DNA of 63,676 bases, counting the filler, from Folioceros fuciformis (Eukaryota), in assembly GCA_049999805.1 (NCBI GenBank). It is 9 parts of 9 records of this genome, joined end to end, with 100 filler letters (N's around TTAATTAATTAA, not from the genome) between each part and the next. Parts side by side here need not be neighbours in the genome. Positions count along the whole stretch, not along the records: positions 1 to 23,595 come from JBNGIO010003686.1; 8 more parts are not named here. One strand, given 5' to 3'. The notes beneath the pieces are model-generated. The model searched no databases and was not told the DNA's origin. It saw only the letters and a list, made by a program, of their open reading frames with translations. Below, in pieces: positions 10,903 to 23,695 of the stretch (position 1 is the stretch's first letter; each line of letters starts with the position of its first letter). Both the position numbers and the translations under genes were made by a program.

Positions 10903-12543
10903 ATGTCACTTATAAGTCAATTGAATTGGTTGGTGTGGATGACCACAGGGCCAAAGCGAGAGGCATGCACCCCGAGAAACAGGAGCGGACGCTGCAGTTG
11001 CTGGTGCGGCATGGCTTCCTGGGAGGAACGCGCCGGGCCTAATGCAGCGGCGGAGGATCGCGCGATTTCGAGTTTCGACGAGGCTCCACTGCCGTCTATT
11101 GAGCACTATTCTATCTCAGATGTGCTTTCATCTGAATCCAAGTCACCAGACTGCGACAGGCATCCCTGGCAGGACGAGGGCCTCTCGCTCGACTTTCTTG
11201 ATGGAGCTCCTAGCCCCGAAGGATTGGCAAGGAATGTGCAGAAGGACGTGGAATTGGTTCCGGAGAACGTCTATATCTTGGCGGAGGATGGAAACAATCC
11301 TGAGAACGTGTTGACGCTGGATGAATATCCGCTGCCGGAGGTCTTAGACGTCAAGGACAGCAATTCGCATGCAAGTCCCTTGGTGGAGGAGAATAGAAAT
11401 GATGTGTATCAGGAGGCCGCCTCGGTGGAGCACGCCACTCTTCTGGAGTTTTTGCATCGCAGTGAGTATGCCGAAATGGACGGTTCTGCAGAGCTAGAGC
11501 CCGATGAGGACCTGCTGGATGCAAACATAGAGAGGCAAATGATGGCGCTTGAGGCACTAGCTTACGCTGATGAGGTTACAGCGCCACACTCCGGCTTCGG
11601 GTTCTTGACAACTCTAGGGGAACATGATGTATCAGAGCGGAAAGTGGAGGCAGCACGACGAGGTGAGGAGGACCTGCTGGATGCAAACATAGAGCAGCAA
11701 ATGATGGAGCTCGAGGCACTCATGTACTGTGATGAGGTTGCAACGCGACACTCCGGATGTGAGATTGCAATGCAACGGTCTGGCTTCGGATTCCTGACTC
11801 CTCGAAAGAAACATATACCAGAGCGGGAAGTCGAGGCACCACGTCACGGTGATGAGGTTGCAAGGTCAAAATCGGGACGTGAATCCTCGGCACCTCAGGA
11901 GGAACGTGGAGATGGAACGGGCTTGGAGCTATCACTTCGTCATTGGATGGAGGGCAGTGTAGGAGGAGCGCCGGCACCCGAGGCGCCGCTACCTGGAGGT
12001 GATAACGCTGGAACGTCACAGTCCGGCTTTGAATTTCCAGCACCTCTGGAGGAACATGGAGATGGAGAGGGCTTGGATCTAGTTCTGGATCGAGAACTGG
12101 AATGGGAACTGGACACAATATCTGACGCGGAGGTGGCAGGGTTCACGTTCGGCCCCGAACTCTTGGCATTTCTGGAGGGACATGAAGATAGAGAGGACTT
12201 GGATTCTGTGCCAGAATCGCCTAACAGGAAGAGAAATCCGGATAACTCCGAGGACAAGCCCTCTAACAACAGACCTTCGAACAATCCTACGAAAGCTGCG
12301 CACGCTACATGTCCTGGTTCAAGTGCGGCCAGACCAGTAGCAGTGGAAGGATCAAGAAGTGAAAATCCTTCTTGCGACCGCGATAGTCCGAGGGGTTTGA
12401 AGAGCAAGGCAGCTAGGACTGGTATTCGGGACTCCGCAAAACCGTCTCCAAAGCTCGAGAGGGCACAGTCTAGATGGAAACGATGTCTGTCAAGATGTTT
12501 AGGAAGAGAGAGAACCCGACGAACAGGGGCAGCAAAAGGTTGA
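10903..12543 (+). CDS. Acidic, probably disordered orphan ORF B (546 aa; alternative start ATG 11011) with a basic C-terminal tail
   Basis: Long intact intronless ORF with internal repeats EEDLLDANIExQMMxLEAL (x2) and EExGDGxGL (x2). Homologous to ORF A (ENVYILAEDGNNPENVLTLDEYP vs ENVLAEDSDSSQNVLTVDDYP). No recognisable domain. Confidence 0.55.
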   Translation: MSLISQLNWLVWMTTGPKREACTPRNRSGRCSCWCGMASWEERAGPNAAAEDRAISSFDEAPLPSIEHYSISDVLSSESKSPDCDRHPWQDEGLSLDFLDGAPSPEGLARNVQKDVELVPENVYILAEDGNNPENVLTLDEYPLPEVLDVKDSNSHASPLVEENRNDVYQEAASVEHATLLEFLHRSEYAEMDGSAELEPDEDLLDANIERQMMALEALAYADEVTAPHSGFGFLTTLGEHDVSERKVEAARRGEEDLLDANIEQQMMELEALMYCDEVATRHSGCEIAMQRSGFGFLTPRKKHIPEREVEAPRHGDEVARSKSGRESSAPQEERGDGTGLELSLRHWMEGSVGGAPAPEAPLPGGDNAGTSQSGFEFPAPLEEHGDGEGLDLVLDRELEWELDTISDAEVAGFTFGPELLAFLEGHEDREDLDSVPESPNRKRNPDNSEDKPSNNRPSNNPTKAAHATCPGSSAARPVAVEGSRSENPSCDRDSPRGLKSKAARTGIRDSAKPSPKLERAQSRWKRCLSRCLGRERTRRTGAAKG

Positions 12544-12699
12544 ACCGGAGCAATCTAAGCAGATACGCTGTCTGATGGGCAGGTTGAAGCCCTCAAATAT
12601 GGTTTCCGGCCCGACCGCATTAGCGTGAGCAAATTGATTCAGGCCTGGATCCGGTAACGGTGGCGAATGCGAAGGTGTAGACATTGCTGCAGCCACAGA

Positions 12700-13235
12700 C
12701 AGCGTGTCTCAAGTACATGGGCTTCTTTGATCTGTCTATCCTCGACGACAACAAGCACTCATCTAGCAGATCTTGGAGAACTAGCCTGCTCTCCCAGTGG
12801 TGAAGGCGGACTTACAAGCCAGAGAAGGCAACAAGAATTTCTGAAATCTGTGTGTGACCTAGGGTACTTGAATGTGCGTAGTGAGATCTCCCAGACCATA
12901 CAGACCATCAGCGATACATGTTTGGTGCTGGCTTCATTAACCGAGAGCCTTTTGGATCGAGCAGTATCATCTGCTTCTCGTGCCTCTTATTCCTGTCTTC
13001 ATTTTATTTCTGGATTTATAGACTTCAGCTCCCAGTGCAGTCCAAGACATCAGATCTCGAGCTCCTGCGACTCCAAAAGCACTCATTAGGATAGAAGATG
13101 AAGGATGGTCGACTGCAAGACAACAGAAAGCACAAGGATCTACTAGATTAGAGCCGAGATAACAACAAAGCAAAGCTGTCAACTATGACACCTACGCTAT
13201 GTGAATCAAGAGATAGATTTGTCAACTTTGACACT
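12700..13235 (-). pseudogene. Decayed partial duplicate of serine racemase (parts of the last two exons plus introns)
   Basis: Nucleotide similarity to about 14130-14650, including intron sequence (ACAACAGAAAG..CACAAGG..TACTAGATTAGAG.CGA.ATAACAACAAA), with indels breaking the frame. Confidence 0.8.
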
Positions 13236-13938
13236 TTGGTCTGCATGGTAGGCCCTTACATGTAGCAAGAACTTCAGATGGAGCTTCAGCGGTCTATACC
13301 AAAGAGTGGGAGGAAATTCAACCGGGAGCAGGGGGGAAGGCGGTGACTGCCTGCTAGTGCGAGTGGCTGTTGGGAGACCAGGCGGTGGAGAGGGACTTCG
13401 GAAGACAAAGTTGGGGGGCATAGGGCCGCGTGCATGGAGCAGAGCGAATGGGAAGTTGCCGTACAGACGTATCCGTTGATCTGAGAGACAGGATCCTACG
13501 TAAGCGGCAGGGGGGGCAACCCGTGAAGTCTGAACTCCGCCGCGTACAAGTATGGAACATGTCGGGGACTGAAAGATGCCCACCAGGGGTTTTGGAAGCA
13601 TAGCTAAAAGGATGTGGTGACGAGAACAAGAGAAGACTGCCGTCGCCCACTAGGAAGAGAAGTCCAGGTGACTGCAACTTGACAATTGGAATCGGAACGA
13701 TCCAAACGCTATGGAAGCGAGGATAAGGAGTCACGCTCGGCCAATCCAGGTCGATATCAATTCCATATTATCACATGATAAGTATTGTGTGACTATGAGT
13801 CGATATTGTCCAGACATCGGGGGCCGGTTCGAGTCACAATTTTCGGTTGTGAAGTTGTGAACCGAGTTCGATAAAGTGGATCATGTTGAACTAACAGAAA
13901 TTCTTCAAATTGAGTGCGCTACCTACATGTGTACTTCC

Positions 13939-15631
13939 CTACATCTTGGGTGTGAAAGCCTGAGAACATAATACCTTCCACAACGGTTCCATATCGATGT
14001 TACCTCCGGTGACAACAATGCCCACCTTTTTACAGTCTGCCCACTTCCATGACGTCCTGAATCCCTCAGACAAAACAGCTGCCAGGCCAACAGCTCCACT
14101 TGGTTCCACGACTATTTTCAATCTCTCGAAGCACATGCGCGTTGCTTCCACGATCTCACTATCCTCGACAACCAGCACATCATCTACCAGATCTCGGAGA
14201 GCTGGCCTGCACTCACAATGAAGAAGAAGAAGGCAAACTTCAAGCCAGAGCAGACGACGATAGCTTTTGGAATGTAAGTATTTAAAGGCCAAATGTCCTC
14301 GAACGTACCAAGTGAGATCTCCCAACCATGCACGCAGACCATCAGCGATAGTGTTTGGTGGTGATTTTATCACCCTACCAGTGGCCTTGGATTGAGCAGC
14401 ATCATCCGCCCCTTGGGGCTCAGCAGCCACAACTTTTATTTCTGGCTTTATAGACTTCGCCCCCAGGGCAATCCCAGAAATCAGACCTCCTCCTGCGGTT
14501 CCAGGATGGCAGATACAGGGTCAACTGTACGACAACAGAAAGAAAGCACACAAGGGTGTACTAGATTAGAGTCGAAATAACAACAAAACAAATCTGTCCA
14601 GTATGTCACTACATCTGTACCGAAACAGCCTTGTCAAGTTTGAAACTACAAGCTAGCATTCTGTCACTAAGCCAGCAGTTCCTGAGTTTAACAGTTCCTT
14701 ACCACTCACGGGCACAATTATTGCGTCCAGTTCAGGAACTTGCTCCAGAAATTCAAGGGCTATAGTGCCTTGGCCACTGAGAGGGCGGAGAACGTAGTAA
14801 GGATTGGATCCATCAGCCAGTGCAGAGCACAGAGCAGAACAAAATTTTTTGTCTATCTTTTCAAGAGAAGCAGCGTGTCTGAAGTGACTTGCCAGCAGAC
14901 AACTTTCAGCAGACCCAAAGGGACATGCAACTCACCTGATAACCTTTCCATCGTTGAAAGGATGGATCAGGGTAGCGCCTGTTTCCTTCTGTATCCGAGA
15001 AGCTTCAACCTCTCTGGCTTGAACGTTGGGTTCGCAGAAGCTAACATGCCCGCCGTATCTCCTCACATTCTCAATCTTGCAAGCGGGTGCATCCTTCGGT
15101 ACCACAATATGAGCAGGAATTCCCCGCAACTGCGCAGCTAGTGCCAGTGCTGCGGCATGATTCCCACTGCCACATCCAAGCAGACTGCGGGCCATCAGGA
15201 ACCCATTGATTGTGACACAACGCTCCCACTCACTCTCGCACCAACTCGCACCTGCTGTGCGTCACCACGCCCTTCCTCGCAGTCTTCTCGTCGAGGGAAA
15301 ACACTGCATTGCAAGCTCCACGGAACTTGAAGGCGCCCCTGCATTGTCATCAGGATCTGCAAATTGCTGCAAAAACCTGATCAGGATAACCTGATTGCAG
15401 CCAATAAGGCATCCAGCACGCCACTCACCCCTTCTGGAATATCTCGCACTTGAAGAAGAGATTCCGACCCGCAAGGTTGTTCAGTGAAGATGAAGCGAGC
15501 ACGGGAGTCGTGTGCGAATAAGCCTGGATCCGCATCCTTGCCTCCCGGATCGAGCTCAGATCCGCTGCGTACTGCCCAATGTGCGCTGGTTTGAGCTCCT
15601 CGCAGTCGTCTTGGATGTTGGGAGCTTCCAT
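13939..15631 (-). CDS. SR: Serine racemase (fold-type II PLP enzyme), 6 exons
   Basis: Spliced product has FFKCEIFQKGGAFKFRGA (PLP lysine), VVTHSSGNHAAAL, HPFNDGKVISGQGT, VPVSGGGLISG, TIADGLRA, VVEPSGAVGLAA and TGGNID. Canonical GT-AG introns. Confidence 0.95.
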
Positions 15632-17713
15632 CCCTGAGAAAATGACTCGGACCGTTACTCTAAGCACCACAGTCTTGAACCCTGGTCCCAGAGAGCCGAG
15701 GTTGCAGCCGACCAGATTCTATCCCCATACAGCAACAGGACATAAAAAGGCATCAACCGTGCCTGCCCGCATTCGTACACGTCTCGTTCAAGAACGATTT
15801 CTGGATCTTGTGGCATGGGCGCAGGATTCCCAACGAGCGAAGCGTTGTTGTGGCATGCAAGGTCGGTAATCGCACAGAAAAATATAAATGCCTTCAGTTG
15901 TGACCAGAACTCACCTGGAGCGTCAGCTGTCACTCGCTTTTGTAGCTGTGAAGTGAACTGATGGGACTGCGTCCCTCTATTGCAGAAGGGGTCTTGCCAC
16001 AATACGAGCTTGCGCCCTTGGCCCCCGGGGATTGAGTAAGCACGAGCTAACGGGAAAGCTTCCGTTTAAGTTGAAGGGCCTTCACACTGTAAACGACCCG
16101 GTGGAAAGCGCCGTCCCCGTCTTCATAAATGTACTTAAAACTGCATAAATAAGCCCAGCGCTTAAACCTCACCCGCAGTTCTCGTTCTCGAGGGGCGTGC
16201 GGGATTCGTCGTTACGCGCCCGGCCACCGGCTCCACTGACCGGCTAAGTCTTTCTTACGAGCGTCATGGTTCTCGAGGCTCTTCAGCAACCCTATCTCAA
16301 GTTCGCAGCTTCAACGATTACTGCAAGGCTTTGAAAATTCCATGTGCAACAGGTTTAATACACTTTCAATATTTCCTGCCAACTATTCTTGACATCTACT
16401 TCAAACGGGCTTGTCACCAATGTGCACCTATGAACATGTCTTGGGTCTTGTCCACAGCCATTGTCTATTCTTCACATCTACTTCAAATGGGCTTCTCACC
16501 ATACCTATGAACATATCTCGGGGTGTGAAAACTTGCAATATCCTACCTCGGGTACGTTTTGTAAAGAGGACTAGGTTCGTTGTGTGAAGAGGACTTGAAC
16601 TAAATAGTAGCATTGAGAGGGAAGTACTCTAAACAATAGGTAAGATTGGCCTAGATCCTTTGGCATAGGCTACTTGATTTTGTAGCAAGTGAGGGAGTCT
16701 GACACGTAGTTTCCCATCAAAATGGTTAGGATGCACACTTGAAAAAAAGGCAAAAACTCCACATCCACGTGTGCCCATAATGTAGGCTTGTGAATCTATT
16801 ACTTATCACTGTTCTTATGGACTAGAGGACACGCAGCAAGGTGCAAACAAGCCCTTTGTGGGTCCAAGTTTGATTCCTAAGCAAGGTCCTGGGAGTAGGT
16901 GCAAGAAGACATCCAAAAAAACATAGGTGCAAATTTCAATTCATAGCTTTCCACCCACAGAAATGGTCTATAATATGTCAACTTTGTTTACATAAAAGCC
17001 ATCACATAGATGTGCAAGAAGGGATTTGTCAAAAGAAGTGGATAGTTGGTGCTTGTAACTACCTACAAGAATAGCTAGATTTCTTTTTGTTGCGAAACGG
17101 CATTAGGTTTCACACAAGCTATTAAGCCGAGTAAGTAGCCAGAGGCGCAGATAGAAGTTGATGCAGCAGCATGACGCGAAACAGGACAGAAAGCGAAACA
17201 GGTTTTGGAGAGATGAAGACTCACCTTCTCAAACACTGTACAATTACTGCAGCCGCTATAATTGCTACTATGTTCAAAGCGTAGAAGAGTAGCCTTTGCC
17301 TCGCTGTCCATTACCTACACAACACAACACATCTTAGCAAGACCACATAGCAATTAGACATCTAACCTTCACAGTAGGAATCCTTAAAGACCAAACACAT
17401 CTAGCACATCAAAACTATAGAAAGGACTAGATCAAACTACAAAAACAAATAGGTGTTTTGAACAAATAATTATCACATGTCTTTTTGCAGTCAGATCGAC
17501 TTGAAAATCACCCCTTAGTATCCCATTTCTTAGGCAGCCCTGCTATACCTAGTTCAGACATCTCTCGCTACGACCCATCTTTTTGATTGATACAACTACC
17601 TGAACCAACAGAACAGATCTTAGGGTCTTTAGCAAGAATGTTAGGTAAGGACTCTGAGTCCTCTATACTCTAGGGTAAAATGGAAGGTTTTACAGCACCT
17701 ATACAATAGCTGT

Positions 17714-20700
17714 ATGTGGTCACCTCCAAATAGGTATCCTAGATTATCTCGGCATAGTCCTACCTCCCTCAAACATCCACTTATAGCAAATAATCCACCC
17801 AATCCTCCTAATTTGCCAACAATTATAAACAACAATACAAACAACATTTTCAAGTTGGACTTGAAAGACAAGGACAAATTTCATGGGTCGGATTACCCAA
17901 TATGGGAGCTTCGAATAGAGGTAATTTTCGAAGAGCAAGACCTCATGGATGTTGTGATAGGAAAAACTACAAATCCTGCATTAGCAAACTCTAGAGGGTC
18001 AGATCCAGACATTCAAGCTTGGGTAAAGCTGGACAAGAGAGCACGCAGCATAATCCTATCTGCTCTCGACAGGAATATGGTTCGACATACTCAAAGGCGG
18101 ACCACGTCTGCAGAAGTATGGAAATTGTTGAAGGACATGTTCCCAGCAAAAGATGGAATGTCGCTTATCAATGTTACCAGACAACTCTATGGCCTTCGCA
18201 TGAAGGATAGTGATAGTGTGGAGAATCGCTTACTCAAGTTTCGCAGTTTATGTGCCAAGCTTGCTTCCTACGATAACGTTTTGAAAGAGGCGAAGGCTAT
18301 CACTCTCCTTCTCACATCCCTGCCACATAGTTACAAAGCATTTGTCACTGCACAAACCAACTTTGCAAACCAAGCAGGTGCAAAAATTACTTTCTCACAA
18401 GTAGTTGGTGCACTGTTGGAGGAGGAATCAAGCAGAGTTGCTACTGGACAAGGACAGCAGCAACATAATTCACAAGTCCTCTACACCCAACGTGGATGTG
18501 GAAGAGGACGAGGTAGAGGAAGGGGACCACCCTATCCTACACAAACCTCCTTTACACCTAGACAAAAAAAGAAGGGCACTTGTCATTGATGTCGCATACC
18601 TGGACACTTCAAACTTGAATGTCGTAAGAAGCAGGTCGAAGAGCCACGCCAAGAGGCACCACTTGGTGCTGAAACCCATGTAATGACAAGAGGACAAATC
18701 AGTCCTACACAAACAGCACACAAGCCGCCAACCATCCGTGCGTTATGTCTCTCTCTTTTGCAAGCTGATACTAATATGTGGTTCTTGGACTCAGGGGCTA
18801 CACATCATATCTGCCTATCGAGAGACAAATTTGTCACTTATAAACTAGCACCAACTAGTCAGTTTGCGCTACTTGGAGATGACAGTGGATTGGCAATTGC
18901 TGGATATAGTGATGTCTCGTTCCCTGTGAAAGGAGGGAACCACATCACACGGTTGGGTGTCTTACATATACCTAACATGAAGAAGAATCTTTTGTCAGTC
19001 AAGAAACTTGTCCTAGACCACGATCTGCGAGTGTGTTTCACACCTAGTGGCTGTATAGTAACATCAGCTAACAACCACTCAATCATTTTAGGAGAAGGAG
19101 TCACTTACAATGATCTCTACCATTTTGACATTATAGTCAATTATGCATATGGAATGGTTACTAATGCCAAGAGTGATGTAGACAAGACTTCCCTTTGGCA
19201 TAATCGCCTCCGTCATCCTAGTATAATGTACATACGTCAAGTCGTTAGTAAGCCAGAATTATCCAAGGATCCCATTACTTTTAAACTTGAAGATCACTTT
19301 TTTTACGAAGACTACCAAGTCGGAAAAATAGCACAGAAGCCATATAATGATCCGAAGCCTACCAAAGCAACAGCACTGCTTAATATCGTGCACTCAAATA
19401 TATGCGGCTTGATGTCAATAGCTTCTTTCGGTGGTTCAATATATCCTGATGTTTATCAATGAATGGAGCCATTATTGCTGCCTGTATTTTCTGCATCATC
19501 GTCATCAAACTCATGAGAAGTTTCTAGACTATGTTCAGAGGGCAGAAACACAAACTGGCTGCAAAGGTTAAAAAGCTCAAAAGTGACAATGCTATGGAAT
19601 ACCTTAGCAATGATTTCTAGTCATTTTGTAAATAGAAAGGTATACTTCATAAGCTGACAGTCCCATATCATCTTCTATAGAATTCATATGCTGAGATGTA
19701 TAACCAAACGTTGCAAGAGCGTTGTTGGGCTACCCTCTTATCAGCAAGACTTACCCGCGGTTATTGGGCTGAGGCAGTAGCACCACTAAATTATGTACAG
19801 AACAGGCATCCGGTTAAGCCATTGTTCTCCCACACCCCTTTTGAGCGCTAGTGTGGTCACAAACCTAGAATTTTGGTGCAGCTGCCTACGCCTACACCCC
19901 AGCAAAGAAACGGGGTAAGATGGATAACTGAGCAACCAAGCATGTATTTACTCAGAACAATCAAAAGGCTACAAATTATATAATCCACAGACTCGACAAC
20001 GTACATTGGCAAGAAGTGTAAGTTTCAATGAGAGTTTCATACTCATCTCACATGGAGAGTTTGTCACAAGCCACAAGCCATTGTCAGAGCCTTCCATATA
20101 TGGTCGTACTCCACAGCAATTTTCAAGTGATAACGAGTTAGAGCTTGACATTTCAATCTTTTCCACAGAGTTTATGGACAACACAGTCATACCAACAATT
20201 CTTTTAGGCATACCTCAGCCTCCTTTACCTGTTTAGTAGCCAATCATACCTCCAGACCCTAATCCTGTAAACATAGATGCAGATTTATTAGACCTGGATG
20301 ATGATCCAGCTGCTGATCAGACTTTACTGCAGGCTAACCTAGACCTAGACGTATCTGAAGTTGTTGTTTCAAATGTACTTGTCTTTCCTCGTCAATCTGC
20401 ATGAATTCATCGTCCTAGGTCTGAGTAGTTAGATCCACCATATAAACCGGGTGATAGCTTGGTTTCTCGTGCAGGCCAGAATAACAATCCACAGCATCAT
20501 GTGAGTCTTACTTCTTTAGCCAACACCATAGCATCATATATACTTGATCCACTAAACACACCCTTAACTTACTAGGAAGCATTGTCTGGGCCCCAAAAGG
20601 ATGAATGGAAAAAGACAATAGACTCTGAATACAATAGTCAGATTGTTAACAACACATGGAAAATGGTAACCTTACCCTCTAATCGGAAGCCAATAGCCTC

Positions 20701-21553
20701 GAAGTGGGTATTTAAGCTTAAGCTTCACCTACATGGTACTGTGGCATACTATAAAGCGTGGTTGGTGGCAAGAGGCTACACCCAGGTACAAGGCCTTGAC
20801 TACACGGATACCTTTAGCCCTGTGGTCAAGCTCACCTTGATGCGCATCCTCTTATGTTACGCTGTAAGAAACAAACTACTTGTCCATCAAATGGACGTTA
20901 AAACAACATTTTTGAATAGGGATCTCATAGAAACTATCTACATGAATGACGAGGGATATATTACCACTCCAACCAAAGTATGTCATCTGCGTAAATCTAT
21001 CTATGGTTTGAAACGGCTAGCACATATGTGGCATGCAAGCATAGATAAGAAACTTTGCAAGCTAGGGTTTGTCCCTCTTGCTGCGATTGCAGCGTATATG
21101 TGCTACAAAAGACCCACAAGATTTGTATCATCACACTCTACGTGGATGATAATTTTATTTTTGCCAATGATCAAGAGATACTCACCTATATTAAAAAGGA
21201 GTTATCGCATGAATGGGACATGATACACATTGGCCCATTGAAATTTGCCCTAGGAATCCAATTCCTATTCGATCCTGCAATGACCAGTGTATGTTCAGAT
21301 CAATCTCATTTCATTCGACAGTTGCTAACCAAGTTTAACTTACGGGCAATGAATCTAGTCTTCACCCTCGTGTCAACTAGTGACAAGCTGTCAATTGAGG
21401 ATTGCCCATCTACAGACGTTGAAAAGGCAGCCATGTTGACAATCCAATACTGAGAGGAAGTAGGAAGCCTGCTTTATCTCGCTGGTTGGACACGACCTGA
21501 CATTTCCCTGGCAATAGGCATTGTATCCAGATTTTTACACAACCCAGGACAAG
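17714..21553 (+). mobile_element. Decayed Ty1/Copia internal region (gag, protease, integrase, RT), truncated before RNase H
   Basis: Gag DKFHGSDYPIWELRI, protease WFLDSGATHH, GAG-pre-integrase LWHNRLRHP, RT KWVFKLK...HQMDVKTTFL...LYVDD; many stops and frameshifts. Confidence 0.92.
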
Positions 21554-23079
21554 GTTTGGGCATCCATGCGAGGCACACCTCCTATGTGCAACGCACAATT
21601 CATGCTCTACCATTGGTGCCAGACCTGCTTCACACACGCACACACAGAGATTAGTCCTGGATGAAGCATAAAGGTAATCAAGTCAGGATTCTCACAACTT
21701 CATTTCCACCATACCCATACCACTACTGCAAGTTTGAGAAGAGTCGTCGGAAAGGGGCAGTTTGCACGCCGCCCTGAAGACAGCAAGTTTAACCTCCCTC
21801 GCCACTTTCAAAGTAGTGCGTGTAAAGTTATTAGGTTTTAAAAACAGTCACACTCACTTTTCTTTATTGTTTCATTACACCCTAAATGCAGTTATCTTTT
21901 TTGCCTATTGGTGCTCATTTGTGCTCTTGTTGTGTTGCTTCTCAAGGACCAGCATGATGATGTCTTAATCCACTTTATCCTGCACGATTGAGAGGCGGTA
22001 ACGAATGTGTGAGGTGAGGGCGCTTACATAAAAATGAGAATTTGGAGGTAAAGGCCGCTAGCAGCCCGCAGGTCACAAAAAGTTGCTATTAGCAAACGAA
22101 AGAGGGGTCTTGTTTTTACTTTTTGACATTCAACTTCCATAGTTCGTCCTCAATAGTTTGCTTGAGTTTGTAATGTTTGTGCACATGATGTTTGCTCTGA
22201 TCATTTTTTGGTTTTGTTGGAGAAATTATGCTAATGTTGATTGAGACTTCTTGGTCTTTGGACTGTCTTGCTCTAACTTGGGTTTTGACTATGTAATAGA
22301 ACACTATTTATCACCAGCTCCAATTGCAAAAAATATATTCCTTTTAAAATAGTGTCTCCAAATTCAATGTTTGTGTGTCGTTTTACCTTTCACAAGCATA
22401 CCACTAAAGCTCCATGTGACCGTTGAAATAATTGCACTGACATATCCAATTCTTCTTGCTAGGTTAGGCAAAGCATGTAAATGTGATGGAGGCGTCGCTT
22501 ACTATATTCCAGCAAAAGTGAAAGAAGGAGAGGGGCAAGTAAAACAATAAGCTTGTATGCTATAGGTCTTAACTCAAAGGATGAGAGCTTCATGTTTGAG
22601 GATCTTAATGTTGTGGTCGACATTGATGTGAAGAATTCATTCATGACAAGGGAGCAGTAAGCTTTGAAAGACATCTATGATGCATTCCTAGAGTTGGGCA
22701 TGCTTGACAAAGAGTGGTACGTGCAACGAGGAAGGAAGTGACTACACTCTTCTAAATTTTGATTCAAAGTTTGTCTTATAGGTAAATGGCTACCTTCATG
22801 CTAACAAAGCAAAGAAGACAATGGTAGGGTATATTTTATGGATTTGGAAGTACACGGTGAAATCCCAAGTCAGGTTTATGATGCTAATCTATTTATCAAA
22901 GGGCAAGTTCTTCATGCGCAATTCCAGTGTACACACTTTGCTTACTCTTTTTGCTACAAAACTCGTTGCTAAACGCTACAACACCTTGAACCTATAAAAC
23001 AGCTTTGAAAACACAATATCCTCTAACCTAGTGAGTTCTCATTTCCCCGCAATATGATTATTAGAGTAGTTGTAAGTTT

Positions 23080-23595
23080 GGTACCAGGCCTAGAGAAGTT
23101 TAGCTTTCGTATCGCACCATAGGGTTGGGAAGGTTCGAATTTGGGTTTGGTCTTTAGCTTGGTAATAATGTTAAATATAATGAACTTAAGTATTTAAGAT
23201 AATATTAAATAATAATTTTAACGTTGCCTAGGAGCGGGAATTTGGTTTGGATGTGGTAGGCCAATTGTGTTTGGTAATGTCTAGCACCTAGATGCATTAT
23301 TGGGAGCAAGCAATAGAAAGATGTCAATATGCAGGCTAAGGCATAACATCGCAGGCAATAGGGAGATTAGTAGTTTGGAAATGGAGCTCAAGCTGGTGGT
23401 TGTTGGATTGAATGAAGAGCAGGAGCTAAGTTTGTGAATCAAGACTAGAAGTTGAAGGAGACTCATCGTGGCACTGGTGACGAACCTATGAGCAAGAACC
23501 GGGACATTGCAAGGCCAAGGGTGCTAAAGATCAGAGCTGGAGGGGGCGTGCTGAGCAAGATCACACCCCCGCACCGAGCTGTCTCCTCCCCTTCT
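23080..23595. mobile_element. LTR fragment related to 31745-32534
   Basis: Shared CCATAGGGTTGGGAA.GTT.GA block followed by the same AT-rich ATAATATTAAATAAT block. Confidence 0.6.
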
Positions 23596-23695
23596 NNNNN
23601 NNNNNNNNNNNNNNNNNNNNNNNNNNNNNNNNNNNNNNNTTAATTAATTAANNNNNNNNNNNNNNNNNNNNNNNNNNNNNNNNNNNNNNNNNNNN
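23596..23695. other. Artificial scaffold linker N44-TTAATTAATTAA-N44 (also at 29346, 32535, 35733, 43428, 52021, 60267, 62174)
   Basis: Identical 100-bp spacer with stop codons in all six frames, occurring eight times. Confidence 0.97.

Noticed and set aside
21554-22070. Minus-strand exon-like pieces (LCVAHRRCASHGCP) resembling WRKY19-type Cys/His repeats
   Set aside because: A single short motif with in-frame stops upstream; no gene model supportable.
22459-22760. Protein-like decayed + strand frame (FMFEDLNVVVDIDV...FLELGMLDKEW)
   Set aside because: No identifiable family; probably a TE relic.
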